Below the pieces are notes generated by a model. That model ran no database searches. It was given only the letters and a program-made list of their open reading frames with translations, and was not told the origin of the DNA. Positions 9,527 to 18,965 of a stretch of 64,000 nucleotides of DNA are shown here, in pieces. How positions within the stretch are numbered: position 1 is the first letter of the stretch; the number at the start of each line of letters is the position of its first letter. Position numbers and translations under genes: made by a program. Source of the stretch: Hyphomicrobiales bacterium (GTDB lineage Bacteria; Pseudomonadota; Alphaproteobacteria; Rhizobiales; NORP267); contig JAUYJB010000070.1 in assembly GCA_030688605.1 (NCBI GenBank), forward strand, positions 18,652 to 82,651. Reading direction: 5' to 3'.

Positions 9527-11149
9527 ATGTTGGGGCCGTCAGCGCATATCGACACGTTCACGCGCGAACATCTGCCGCCCTTCGGCCAATGGCCCGAGCT
9601 GATCCTCGACCGGCCAGAGTTCCAATATCCGGAGCGTCTCAACGCAGCGGTCGAGCTGACCGACCGGATGGTCGAGAAGGGGTTCGGCGATCGTGTCGCC
9701 CTGATCGGCAACGGCCGGCGCAGAACCTATAAAGAGCTGTCGGATTGGAGCAATCGCCTAGCCCATGCGCTGGCCGAGCATTTCGGCGTCCAACCGGGAA
9801 ACCGGGTGCTGATCCGCTCCGGCAACAACCCGGCAATGGTGGCGGCCTGGCTGGCGGTCACCAAGGTCGGAGCGGTCGCGGTCAACACCATGCCGCTGTT
9901 GCGGGCTCGGGAACTGATCAAGATCGTCGACAAGGCCGAGATCGGCCTTGCCTTGTGCGACAAGCGAATGAGCGACGAGCTGGAAAAAAGCGCTGAGACT
10001 AGCAAGTTCCTCAAACGCATCGTCTGTTTTGACGGCACCACCAACCATGACGCCGAGCTCGATCAGGTGGCGCTCGAAAAGCCGGTGAAATTCGATGCGG
10101 TTCGAACCGGACGCGACGATGTCGCCCTGCTCGGCTTCACCTCGGGTACGACCGGACAGCCCAAGGCGACGATGCACTTTCATCGCGACCTTCTGATCAT
10201 CGCCGACGGTTATGCCCGTGAAGTCCTGAGCGTGACGCCGGAAGACGTCTTTGTCGGCTCGCCGCCCCTGGCCTTCACCTTCGGCCTTGGCGGGCTCGCC
10301 ATCTTCCCGCTGCGCTTCGGCGCAACGGCGACTTTGCTCGAAAATGCCTCGCCGGCCAACCTCATTGACATCATCGAGACCTACAAGGCGACCATCTGCT
10401 TCACGGCGCCGACCGCCTATCACGCCATGATGCGGGCGATGGACGATGGCGCCGATCTGTCTTCGCTTCGCCTCGCGGTCTCGGCCGGCGAGACGCTGCC
10501 CGCGCCGATCTATCGCGAATGGGTCGAGAAGACCGGCACGCCGATCCTCGACGGAATCGGCTCCACGGAGATGTTGCATATTTTCATCACCAACCGGATC
10601 GGCGATGCCCACCCTGGCGCGACGGGACGCCCGGTGACCGGCTATTCGGCCAAGGTGGTCGACGACAATATGAACGAGGCGGCGCGCGGCGAGATCGGCA
10701 GGCTTGCGGTCAAGGGTCCGACCGGCTGTCGCTACCTTTCCGACGAGCGTCAGCTTGACTATGTCAGGGACGGCTGGAACCTGACCGGCGATGCCTTCAC
10801 CCAGGATGTGGATGGGCTGTTCCATTTCGTCGCCAGGACCGACGATATGATCATATCGTCCGGCTACAACATCTCCGGGCCGGAGGTGGAAGCGGCCCTT
10901 CTCTCCCATCCCGATGTCGTCGAATGCGCCGTTGTCGGCGCGCCCGATCCCGACCGCGGCCAGATCGTCGAGGCGCATGTCGTGTTGACACAAGGAGTCG
11001 AGGGCGATGAAGCCCGCGTCAAGCGGCTGCAGGAGCACGTCAAGGCAACCATCGCGCCCTACAAGTATCCGCGCTCGATCAAATTCGTCGATGTGCTTCC
11101 GAAAACACAGACCGGAAAGATCCAGCGCTTTCGTCTGAGGAGCAGGTAG
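9527..11149 (+). CDS. abmG: 2-aminobenzoate/benzoate-CoA ligase
   Basis: FTSGTTGQPK AMP-binding motif; GIGSTEMLHIF; PKTQTGKIQRF. Confidence 0.85.
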   Translation: MLGPSAHIDTFTREHLPPFGQWPELILDRPEFQYPERLNAAVELTDRMVEKGFGDRVALIGNGRRRTYKELSDWSNRLAHALAEHFGVQPGNRVLIRSGNNPAMVAAWLAVTKVGAVAVNTMPLLRARELIKIVDKAEIGLALCDKRMSDELEKSAETSKFLKRIVCFDGTTNHDAELDQVALEKPVKFDAVRTGRDDVALLGFTSGTTGQPKATMHFHRDLLIIADGYAREVLSVTPEDVFVGSPPLAFTFGLGGLAIFPLRFGATATLLENASPANLIDIIETYKATICFTAPTAYHAMMRAMDDGADLSSLRLAVSAGETLPAPIYREWVEKTGTPILDGIGSTEMLHIFITNRIGDAHPGATGRPVTGYSAKVVDDNMNEAARGEIGRLAVKGPTGCRYLSDERQLDYVRDGWNLTGDAFTQDVDGLFHFVARTDDMIISSGYNISGPEVEAALLSHPDVVECAVVGAPDPDRGQIVEAHVVLTQGVEGDEARVKRLQEHVKATIAPYKYPRSIKFVDVLPKTQTGKIQRFRLRSR

Positions 11150-11150
11150 T

Positions 11151-11543
11151 ATGCATCGACAGCTTCACCCCAAGGACTGGAAGGCTGCAAAGGGGTACGC
11201 CAACGGTATCGTTGCTGAAGGCCGTACCGTCTACCTCGCCGGCCAAGTCGGCTGGAACGGCGAGGAGGTTTTTGAGACCAGCGAATTCGTCGGCCAGGTC
11301 GAACAGGCGCTCCGCAACATTGTCGCAATCCTGGCGGAAGCGGGCGGGAAGCCGGAGCACATTGTCCGTCTGACCTGGTTCGTCACCGACAAGCAGGATT
11401 ATTTGACCCGAACCCGAGAGGTCGGTGAAGCCTATCGCCGCGTGATCGGGCGCCATTTTCCGGCCATGTCCCTGGTCCAGGTGGCCGGCCTCGTCGAGGA
11501 TGGTGCGAAAGTGGAGATCGAGGCCACGGCTGTGCTGTCATGA
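11151..11543 (+). CDS. RidA/YjgF family protein
   Basis: GYANGIVAEG...LAGQVGW...FPAMSLVQVAGLVE...KVEIEATA. Confidence 0.92.
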   Translation: MHRQLHPKDWKAAKGYANGIVAEGRTVYLAGQVGWNGEEVFETSEFVGQVEQALRNIVAILAEAGGKPEHIVRLTWFVTDKQDYLTRTREVGEAYRRVIGRHFPAMSLVQVAGLVEDGAKVEIEATAVLS

Positions 11544-11902
11544 CGGTGCTGTCACGGCAACTCCGGATCGGCCCTTGGACGTGATATCGTTTGACTGCGC
11601 GCGCCCTATCCTATTACCGTCATCGCTTCCCACGAGAGATCGTCCAGCATGCGACCTATTGGCCACCTTCATCGAGGCGGCGGCGGGCGGAGTCCCCCGC
11701 CATATGTTGCAGCGGACCACTCTTTCCGACGGTGATTTCGTGACCATGCGCGGCAGATCCGGGTGGCGCGGGATTATTCCCGGCCTCTTCGATGAGTCAG
11801 AGGTTGAACCGACCCTCACCGAAAAATATCGCCGCCCCGTAAGGCAGCGGAACGCGCCTGAGAAATGACGCGCTTGCAGCGCAAAATTCGGACGACGATC
11901 CG

Positions 11903-11930
11903 TTGACGCTGGTTACGCCTCGTGTACGGT
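11903..11930 (+). promoter_or_regulatory. Putative sigma70 promoter TTGACG-N16-TACGGT
   Basis: Upstream of the ABC exporter pair. Confidence 0.45.
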
Positions 11931-11969
11931 CAGGATTGGTCCGGGTCAGGGTTGAAACGGAAAGCCCGT

Positions 11970-13874
11970 GTGAGGAAAACCGTCGTCGAAAAGGCATTGC
12001 AGAAAAAGACCGGAAAACCCGCTGGTGGCGCAAAATCGGAGCCACACAAGCTCTTGACGCCCCGTGGGGTGAACGCAGTGATGCGGATTCTGCGCATGGC
12101 CATGCGCCACCGCCTGCGCATGACCGTCGGGGTCGTCTGCACCGTAATCGCTGCCTATTTCCAGTTGCTGATCCCGCAATATCTCGGATCGGCCGTTAAC
12201 TATGCCCAAGGCCTGCTGGCCTCGACGGCGACAAGTCCGGAGGAGGCGAAGGCGGCGCTGTGGACAGCGGGGTTGTTGCTGTTCGGCGCCGGCGTGCTGC
12301 GCGGCGTCTTTACCATGCTCCACAACTATCAGGGCGAGGCCATCGGCCAGAGCATCGGCTACGAGCTGCGGCTGGCCTATTTCGAGAAGCTGCAGCGCCT
12401 GAGCTTTGCCTTCCACGATCGCGTGCATTCGGGCGATCTCATCACCCGTGGCATGCTGGACATCGAGGGTGTGCGCCGGTTCGTCGACGGGGCGATGCTG
12501 AGGACCATCGTCCTCGTCGTTCTCCTGAGCTATGGCGGGTACAAGCTGATGAGCGCGGACCTGCTGCTGGGGTCTTTGGCGCTCAGTTTCGTACCCATCG
12601 TGGCTTGGCGCGCTGCCATATCGCGCCTCTGGCTGCGGCGCATCTGGCGCGCCCTGCAGGAGCGTCTGTCGGTTGTAACCCGCATCATGGAGGAGAATCT
12701 GGGCGGCATCCGCGTGGTGCGTGCCTTCGCGGCCCAGGACCACGAGCTTAAGCGGTTCGACTACGCCTCCGATGAGGCCATTGCCATGGCCATGCGGCGT
12801 ATCCAAATCCGCTACAGCAATGCCGCGATCATGTCCTTTTCCTATTACGCCGCCATGGGCCTGGTGCTCTGGGTCGGCGGCCATAAGATCATCGCCGGTG
12901 CGATCACCGTGGGCACCCTGGCGGAGTTCCTGGCCTTCATGGCGATCCTGCAGCAGCCGGTGCGCCAGATCGGCATGATCGTGAATTCCACCGCGCGGGC
13001 CCTGGTCTCCGGCGGCCGTGTCTTCGAGATTCTCGACATGGAACCGGCGGTCAAGGACAAGCCCGACGCCAAGCCTCTGAAGCTGACCGAAGGTGTGCTT
13101 CGGTTCGATAATGTCGGCTTCGCTTACCAGGACGAAGCCGACGAGACTCCCGCTCTTCACAATGTTTCTTTCGAAGTCCGCCCCGGCAAGGCGCTGGGGA
13201 TCGTCGGTCCGCCGGGCAGCGGCAAGTCGACCATCGCCCACCTGATCCCCCGCTTCTACGATGTCACCAGCGGACGGATCGCCATTGACGGCCAGGACAT
13301 CCGCGACGTGACCCTAGATTCTCTGCGCGAGGCGGTCGGTGTCGTGCAGCAGGACACATTTCTGTTCACCGCGTCGGTCGACAACAATGTCGCTTACGGC
13401 GACCCGGCCGCGGAAAGGGAACGCGTCGTCGACGCCGCCGATTCCGCGCAACTGCACGAATATATCGCCCGTCTGCCACGCGGCTACGAGACCCTGATCG
13501 GCGAGCGCGGCGTCACTCTTTCCGGCGGGCAGCGCCAGCGGCTCTCGATCGCGCGAAGCATGCTGCTTACGCCATCCATCATTGTGTTCGACGATTCGAC
13601 GGCTTCGGTCGACGCGGCGACGGAACACCGTATCCGTGCGGCGCTCAAGGAAATGACCAGTGAGAGGGCAACCATCATCGTGTCTCACCGCTTGAGCTCG
13701 CTCATGCACGCCGACGAGATCCTGTTCATGGACAAAGGCCGCATCGTCGAGCGCGGCTCCCACGAGGCGCTCATGAGGCAGGGTGGCCGGTACAAGGAGC
13801 TCTACAATCTCCAGGTGGCGTATGGCAACGATCCGGATATCGATGTCCCCCGGCGCGAGCCCCAGACCGCTTAA
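11970..13874 (+). CDS. ABC exporter, fused permease/ATPase, subunit 1 of a heterodimer
   Basis: Six TM segments, GPPGSGKST, LSGGQRQR, FDDSTASVD (degenerate Walker B); start uncertain (GTG 11970 or ATG 12081). Confidence 0.9.
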   Translation: MRKTVVEKALQKKTGKPAGGAKSEPHKLLTPRGVNAVMRILRMAMRHRLRMTVGVVCTVIAAYFQLLIPQYLGSAVNYAQGLLASTATSPEEAKAALWTAGLLLFGAGVLRGVFTMLHNYQGEAIGQSIGYELRLAYFEKLQRLSFAFHDRVHSGDLITRGMLDIEGVRRFVDGAMLRTIVLVVLLSYGGYKLMSADLLLGSLALSFVPIVAWRAAISRLWLRRIWRALQERLSVVTRIMEENLGGIRVVRAFAAQDHELKRFDYASDEAIAMAMRRIQIRYSNAAIMSFSYYAAMGLVLWVGGHKIIAGAITVGTLAEFLAFMAILQQPVRQIGMIVNSTARALVSGGRVFEILDMEPAVKDKPDAKPLKLTEGVLRFDNVGFAYQDEADETPALHNVSFEVRPGKALGIVGPPGSGKSTIAHLIPRFYDVTSGRIAIDGQDIRDVTLDSLREAVGVVQQDTFLFTASVDNNVAYGDPAAERERVVDAADSAQLHEYIARLPRGYETLIGERGVTLSGGQRQRLSIARSMLLTPSIIVFDDSTASVDAATEHRIRAALKEMTSERATIIVSHRLSSLMHADEILFMDKGRIVERGSHEALMRQGGRYKELYNLQVAYGNDPDIDVPRREPQTA

Positions 13875-13895
13875 GCGCAAAGGGAACAAGGCAAT

Positions 13896-15773
13896 ATGGC
13901 CAATACCTCTTCATCCGCTGCAAGTTCCGCGAGTGCTCCACGCGGTCTGACCGAAGGCAGTGACGAGCAGATTTTCGGCGCCGCGTTCGATGGCCGGGTC
14001 ATCCGCCGTTTCTTCGCTTTCATGTGGCCGTACAGGCCCAAGCTTGCCATCGCGCTTTGCGGCGTCATAGCCTTCACCCTGACCCAACTCTCGATCCCGC
14101 TTGTCATCCGCGCGGCCATCGACCAGGCGCTGGGCCAGGGCGCCATGGATGGCGGGCTTCTCAACCTTATCGCGCTCGGCTTCCTTGCGATCATTTCGAT
14201 CAACCTTGCCGCCATGTACGTGCAGGAGACCATCGTCGGCAAGACGGCGGAGCGCATCCTGTTCGACCTGCGCCGGGCCATGTACGTGCACCTTCAGCAT
14301 CTGTCGATGTCGTTTATGGACAAAACCCAGGTGGGGCGGCTCATGTCCCGCCTACAGGGCGACGTCGGCGCACTGCAGGAATTCCTCGACACGATGGTGA
14401 CGGCGGTCGGCGACATCCTGCTGCTGTTGGGCATCGTCACCGTCTTGCTGTGGCTCGACTGGCAGCTGGGGCTCTTGACCCTTTCGGTGGTGCTGACGTT
14501 GCTGATCGTGCGCATGATCTGGCTGCCCATGGCCAAGAAGGCGTTCATGTGGGCGCGTCAGACCAGCTCTGTCGTCAACGGGGCGTTGGCCGAGAACATC
14601 AACGGCGTTCGCACGGTGCAGGAAATGCTGCGCGAGCGCGTCAACTTCGACCGTTTCGAAGTCAAGGCACGGGACAATTTAAGGTCCCACCTGCGGGCGG
14701 CGAAATTCTCGCAGATCATGATTCCCATCGTCGACACGCTCACCGCCACCGCCATGGCCATCGTCGTTGTCGTTGGCGGCGGAATGGTGCTCGGCGGCTC
14801 GCTCGATCTCGGCGTCATGGTTGCCTTCATCTTTTACGTGCAGCGGTTCTTTGACCCGATTCGCTCGCTGACGATCCAGTACTCCGTCATGCAGAAGGCC
14901 ATGGCATCGGGCCAGCGCATATTCGAAGTGATGGACGTGCCGGTCGACATCCGCGACAAGCCGGATGCCTTCGAGCTCAAGGCGATCGACGGCTCCATCG
15001 TGTTCAATAATGTTACGTTCGGCTATCTTCCGGGCCAGCCGGTGCTCAACGACATCAGCTTCCGGGTGGAACCGGGCGAGACTGTCGCCATTGTCGGGCC
15101 GACCGGATCCGGCAAGACCAGCATCACCTCGCTGATCCATCGCTTCTACGACGTCTGGGACGGCGAGGTCCTGGTAGGCGGCCACGATGTCCGTGACATC
15201 ACCCAGCATTCGCTGGGCAAGCATGTCGGCATGGTTCTGCAGGAGCCCTTCCTGTTCTCCGGCACGATCTTCGAGAACATCCGTTACGGCAAGGAGCAGG
15301 CCGTTATGGAGGACGTGATCGAGGCGGCCAAGGCCGTCGGCGCGCACGGCTTCATCGGGGACCTGCCCAGGGGCTACGACACCGTGCTGGCGCAGCGCGG
15401 CGGCAATCTCTCGCTAGGCCAGCGCCAGCTCATCAGCTTCGCCCGCGCCCTCGTCGCCGATACGAGTATCCTGGTGCTCGACGAGGCCACGGCCAGCATC
15501 GACTCTTATACGGAACGCCAGATTCAGCTTGCCCTCAAGCGCTTGCTGAAGGGGCGCACCGGCATCGTCATCGCCCACCGGCTCGCCACCATCCGCGGCG
15601 CGGACCGGATCATCGTCCTGAACCAGGGGCGCATCGTCGAGACCGGCACGCATCGCCAGCTGTTGCGGAAGCGTGGGCTCTATCACCGGCTCTACTCGAT
15701 GAACTACGCCTCGTTCGATGACATTCCGGATGGTTGCATCTGCGAGCCCGCCGACGGCTCACCCTCGACTTAG
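13896..15773 (+). CDS. ABC exporter, fused permease/ATPase, subunit 2
   Basis: GPTGSGKTS, LSLGQRQ, LDEATASID. Confidence 0.92.
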   Translation: MANTSSSAASSASAPRGLTEGSDEQIFGAAFDGRVIRRFFAFMWPYRPKLAIALCGVIAFTLTQLSIPLVIRAAIDQALGQGAMDGGLLNLIALGFLAIISINLAAMYVQETIVGKTAERILFDLRRAMYVHLQHLSMSFMDKTQVGRLMSRLQGDVGALQEFLDTMVTAVGDILLLLGIVTVLLWLDWQLGLLTLSVVLTLLIVRMIWLPMAKKAFMWARQTSSVVNGALAENINGVRTVQEMLRERVNFDRFEVKARDNLRSHLRAAKFSQIMIPIVDTLTATAMAIVVVVGGGMVLGGSLDLGVMVAFIFYVQRFFDPIRSLTIQYSVMQKAMASGQRIFEVMDVPVDIRDKPDAFELKAIDGSIVFNNVTFGYLPGQPVLNDISFRVEPGETVAIVGPTGSGKTSITSLIHRFYDVWDGEVLVGGHDVRDITQHSLGKHVGMVLQEPFLFSGTIFENIRYGKEQAVMEDVIEAAKAVGAHGFIGDLPRGYDTVLAQRGGNLSLGQRQLISFARALVADTSILVLDEATASIDSYTERQIQLALKRLLKGRTGIVIAHRLATIRGADRIIVLNQGRIVETGTHRQLLRKRGLYHRLYSMNYASFDDIPDGCICEPADGSPST

Positions 15774-15915
15774 GGCCCTCTCGGAAACGGCTTGAGCGTC
15801 AAGCCCGGTTGCAGTTCAAGTTTGTCTGTGGACGGCTGAGGTGCGTAGCGTAGCCAAATTTGAGCTGCCACCGCTCTAGATAACGTTCTGGCCGTCATTC
15901 GGGTGATTTGCTACT

Positions 15916-16045
15916 GGCATTGTCACGTAATTCGCTTTCAGCGAAATCGTGATGACTCGCTGATGGTCGCGATGTTCGTTTTCAACTGTTTGGTCTCACG
16001 GACGAGCGGCAAATTCGGCCTGTTCTCGATTAACGTGACAATGCC
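15916..16045. mobile_element. 130-bp element with terminal inverted repeats, possible IS6-like miniature remnant
   Basis: GGCATTGTCACGTAATTCG at 15916 and CGATTAACGTGACAATGCC ending at 16045; outer 13 bp match perfectly; no target duplication seen. Confidence 0.5.
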
Positions 16046-16219
16046 CCGCGAGCGGCTCCGACCCTTTCGGTTTGCTGCGGTTGAAAGGTGTCAGGCGAAG
16101 CGGGGCCGGGCCGTTTGTTCCTCAATTGGCGTACCGAAACGTCAGAAAAGTAACGAAATGCAGGAAGACCGCCGTGTTGGACGACGGCCTTCCGGATCGT
16201 TTTCGCTGTTCGTGCCAGC

Positions 16220-16942
16220 CTATCTGTAAATATGGACGACGGTGCGCGTCCGCGGATCGACGAGGACGCGCTGACCGTTCACGATGGCGTATTGATACTG
16301 GTAGTCGGGAATGGGCTGCAGCGCGACGACCTGGGGCAGCCTGGCTCCAAGCACGACTTCGCCCTCGAGCAGGACCGGCTCGACCGGCTCATTGACAACG
16401 TAGCTCTCCACCCGGGCCGGCGGGTCTATGCTCGCGCCGATGGCGGCACCGGCGACACCGCCGATAACCGCGCCAACCGGTCCGCCAACGACGGCACCAG
16501 TCACCGCGCCGCCGGCCGCGCCGACGGCTGCGCCCGACGAGCCATTCGAAACAGCGACGTAGCGCTGGCGCTCAGAATAGAAGGGTCTATCGCGATAATG
16601 CTCGTCCCAATAGGTCGTCGTTTGGTAGGTGACGACGGATGGAGCCGAGTCGGGGGCGACTTGCGTCACGACAGCCGGACTACCGGCCACGTCAAAGGCG
16701 AGATACTCCGCATAGGCCCAGCCGCGCTCTTGTCCCCAGCTTACGTCGCACCAGCTTCCGGATTCGGTGCATCCGTAAATGGTTACGCCCTCCTCGGCGC
16801 GAATGACCGAGACGATGGGAAATTGCGGACCGGGGCCGGCGCGCATGTTGAGGTCGATCGTGGCATAGGCCTGCTGTGCCACCGCTGCGCTGGGAACCGC
16901 CAGGGCCGCGAGCAGGGCCACGGCGGCCATTTGGTTCTTCAT
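16220..16942 (-). CDS. Secreted SH3 / glycine-zipper / DUF1236-like protein
   Basis: Signal peptide; LNMRAGPGPQFP...GCTESGSWCDV bacterial SH3; GAVTGAVVGGPVGAVIGG zipper; YQYAIVNGQRVLVDPRTRTVVHI. Confidence 0.85.
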   Translation of the reverse strand: MKNQMAAVALLAALAVPSAAVAQQAYATIDLNMRAGPGPQFPIVSVIRAEEGVTIYGCTESGSWCDVSWGQERGWAYAEYLAFDVAGSPAVVTQVAPDSAPSVVTYQTTTYWDEHYRDRPFYSERQRYVAVSNGSSGAAVGAAGGAVTGAVVGGPVGAVIGGVAGAAIGASIDPPARVESYVVNEPVEPVLLEGEVVLGARLPQVVALQPIPDYQYQYAIVNGQRVLVDPRTRTVVHIYR

Positions 16943-16992
16943 TATTCTCATTTCGGTGCTCCTTTAATCACGCGAAGCCCCCGTGCGCATCA

Positions 16993-17017
16993 AACGCGCT
17001 CGATGAAAATAGGTTCC
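16993..17017 (-). promoter_or_regulatory. EcfG-type promoter GGAAC-N16-CGTT
   Basis: Exact consensus upstream of the SH3 gene. Confidence 0.8.
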
Positions 17018-17125
17018 CAGGATGCCGCCTTTCCGGCCGCCTAGCTGTTGTATGCGCTGGTCAGCCGAAATCGTGGCCTTGCTGGTTGATCCGATCGGCG
17101 TATCAGTGCCACCCCAAGCGCGCCA

Positions 17126-17244
17126 CTAGAGAGGGATGAGGAAAAGCGGGAACCGGTTTTCCGCCCGCATCCTGCTCTATCTTATTAGAATCGATCACGT
17201 TTTATGATTTTTGATCGATTCGATCCCAAATCATCGTGATCTAG
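17126..17244. repeat. 119-bp CTAG-bounded palindromic MITE-like repeat (Bru-RS/RIME-like), copy 1
   Basis: CTAG at both ends; internal hairpins; similar reverse-complement copy at 43581-43699. Confidence 0.88.
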
Positions 17245-17525
17245 TGATAACCCTGCTTGCCGCCATGGGCGCTGCCGCTGTCCGGCCGGCACGGCTCAAG
17301 GGCGGCTCTCGCCTCAAGTACGTCCTGCAGGCGGTCGGGCTCGCCGCCGCCCATATTCTCTTCCGCGGCGACCTGGAGCTCACGGGCGTCCTCCTCCCAG
17401 ACGCGCAAGATGTCTCTTTTCTCGTTCATACTCAGGCTTTCCGCGCGCAGCACGTCCGCCGGATGCTCGAAGACCCTCGACGGGTCCTTCTTGGCGGCTT
17501 CGAAATCGATTTGTTTGCGAACCAT
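17241..17525 (-). CDS. Small conserved hypothetical protein
   Basis: DPSRVFEHPADVL...EKRDILRVWEEDARELQVAAEENMGGGE; typical codon usage. Confidence 0.75.
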   Translation of the reverse strand: MVRKQIDFEAAKKDPSRVFEHPADVLRAESLSMNEKRDILRVWEEDARELQVAAEENMGGGEPDRLQDVLEARAALEPCRPDSGSAHGGKQGYH

Positions 17526-17549
17526 CGCATTTCCTCCGATTTTGCCGGC

Positions 17550-17999
17550 TCAGGACCTACCCGGGTCAAACTCATTGCTGGCGCGATTGACGGCATCTCT
17601 CAACTCCTCCCAAGCCCGGCGAAAGCCGCTGCCTAGTTCCGCGCTTGCAGCCTTGGTGTCGGTCCATGTCCGTTTGCTGCCGGTCTTGGCCGTCTCCGCG
17701 GTCGCATTCAGGCTCTGCGAAACCTCGCGCGACGTTTTTTCCGCGTTGTCCATGGCCTTTGTTGCCAGCGCCCCAAACTCGGCGCGAACCGCCTGATATC
17801 TGTTTTCCAGCTCGCGCGAGAGCTGGTCCAGCCGGGCGTCGCCCGTCTGCTGCGCGCGGGCCCTGAGCTCGTCGACGTTGCGGCCCCATGCGGCCATTCG
17901 TTGTGCCATGCTGCCCGTGTCGGGCTTGTCCGCACGGGATGGTGTGCCGGTTTCGGGTCGTTTCTTACGCGTCGAGCCCGCTTGTGTTCTCTTGCTCAT
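17550..17999 (-). CDS. Hypothetical hydrophilic helical protein (apolipoprotein/LEA-like composition)
   Basis: GAAGG RBS; amphipathic A/K/E/T-rich repeats; ends AWEELRDAVNRASNEF. Confidence 0.7.
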   Translation of the reverse strand: MSKRTQAGSTRKKRPETGTPSRADKPDTGSMAQRMAAWGRNVDELRARAQQTGDARLDQLSRELENRYQAVRAEFGALATKAMDNAEKTSREVSQSLNATAETAKTGSKRTWTDTKAASAELGSGFRRAWEELRDAVNRASNEFDPGRS

Positions 18000-18045
18000 G
18001 GTTCACCTTCTTGCGTTTTGCTTCTTTTGCCGCCGACCCGCCTAA

Positions 18046-18070
18046 AGCGGCCCCCGATCGAATTGGTTCC
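18046..18070 (-). promoter_or_regulatory. EcfG-like promoter GGAAC-N16-CGCT
   Basis: One mismatch in the -10 element; upstream of 17999. Confidence 0.55.
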
Positions 18071-18088
18071 ACATGACCTGAAACGGCT

Positions 18089-18283
18089 CTAAGCATGCGC
18101 GAGGCCGCTGCGCGGCCCTGCGAGCAGCCAAATGATGAAACCGATGATTGGGAAAACGACGATCAGCAAGCTCCACAGTACCTTCGCACCGGTCGATTCA
18201 CGGCTCTGAATGACGTTGATAACGGCCCAGATATCGAGGACCAAGACGATCAATCCAAGCAAACCACCATATTCGAAACCCAT
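18089..18283 (-). CDS. PLDc_N-domain small membrane protein (64 aa)
   Basis: LIVLVLDIWAVINVIQS...KVLWSLLIVVFPIIGFIIWLLAGP. Confidence 0.88.
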   Translation of the reverse strand: MGFEYGGLLGLIVLVLDIWAVINVIQSRESTGAKVLWSLLIVVFPIIGFIIWLLAGPRSGLAHA

Positions 18284-18351
18284 TTCGGTTCTCCGTTTCC
18301 TTGTTCCCGGGGTGCGCCGTCGCATGCCGGACATGATCCCGTCTCGAAGTC

Positions 18352-18376
18352 GACGCAGCCAACGCCCGGTGGTTCC
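18352..18376 (-). promoter_or_regulatory. EcfG-like promoter GGAAC-N16-CGTC
   Basis: One mismatch; upstream of 18283. Confidence 0.45.
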
Positions 18377-18464
18377 GTCGCCGCCAAAGGGACGTGACAC
18401 GAGGAAATGCCCCTGCCGGCGCGGGGGGGGGCAGGGGGCGGGGGACGCCGGCCGGGGCCATAGG

Positions 18465-18635
18465 TCACCGCGCGGCGCGTTGCACGAGGTGCAGGGCCAC
18501 CGACACGATGAGCGCGATCAGGAAAATCATGAACAGAACCTGGGCGATCCAGGCCGACGTTCCGGCAATTCCGGCAAAGCCGAACGCTGCTGCAATTAGC
18601 GCAATGATGAGGAACGTCAAAGCCCAACCCAACAT
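18465..18635 (-). CDS. DUF1328/UPF0391 small membrane protein (56 aa, below the ORF-track cutoff)
   Basis: Manual translation [56 protein letters not shown]; GGGAG RBS. Confidence 0.92.
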   Translation of the reverse strand: MLGWALTFLIIALIAAAFGFAGIAGTSAWIAQVLFMIFLIALIVSVALHLVQRAAR

Positions 18636-18669
18636 GTCTCACTCCCGATAGCGTGTCCAGTCATCCTTA

Positions 18670-18694
18670 AACGCGTGTCGCACGGCTTGGTTCC
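18670..18694 (-). promoter_or_regulatory. EcfG-type promoter GGAAC-N16-CGTT
   Basis: Exact consensus upstream of the DUF1328 gene. Confidence 0.8.
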
Positions 18695-18965
18695 GCAGCG
18701 GGGCCGGAAAGATCCTATCCAGCTTTTTCTTCCTCTATTTCATAGGGTTGGACCGTAGTCGGCGGGTGAAAAGCGCACCACGCGATGCTCACGGTGCAAT
18801 TCGTTCGCTATCTGCGATATTAAAATATTTGTATCTTAACGAAATTTTTGGCAAAGCTTGATCATCCTGATTCCTCAAAAGGTTGAAAGCTCATCTTATG
18901 CGTGATAGTTGGGCGTATCGGCTGACGGGTTCGAATTTGTGACCATCTGTGTGGGCGGGGGCTCT

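Noticed and set aside
11544-11900. Gene or riboswitch between ridA and the ABC exporter
   Set aside because: No recognisable protein motif, RBS or RNA consensus
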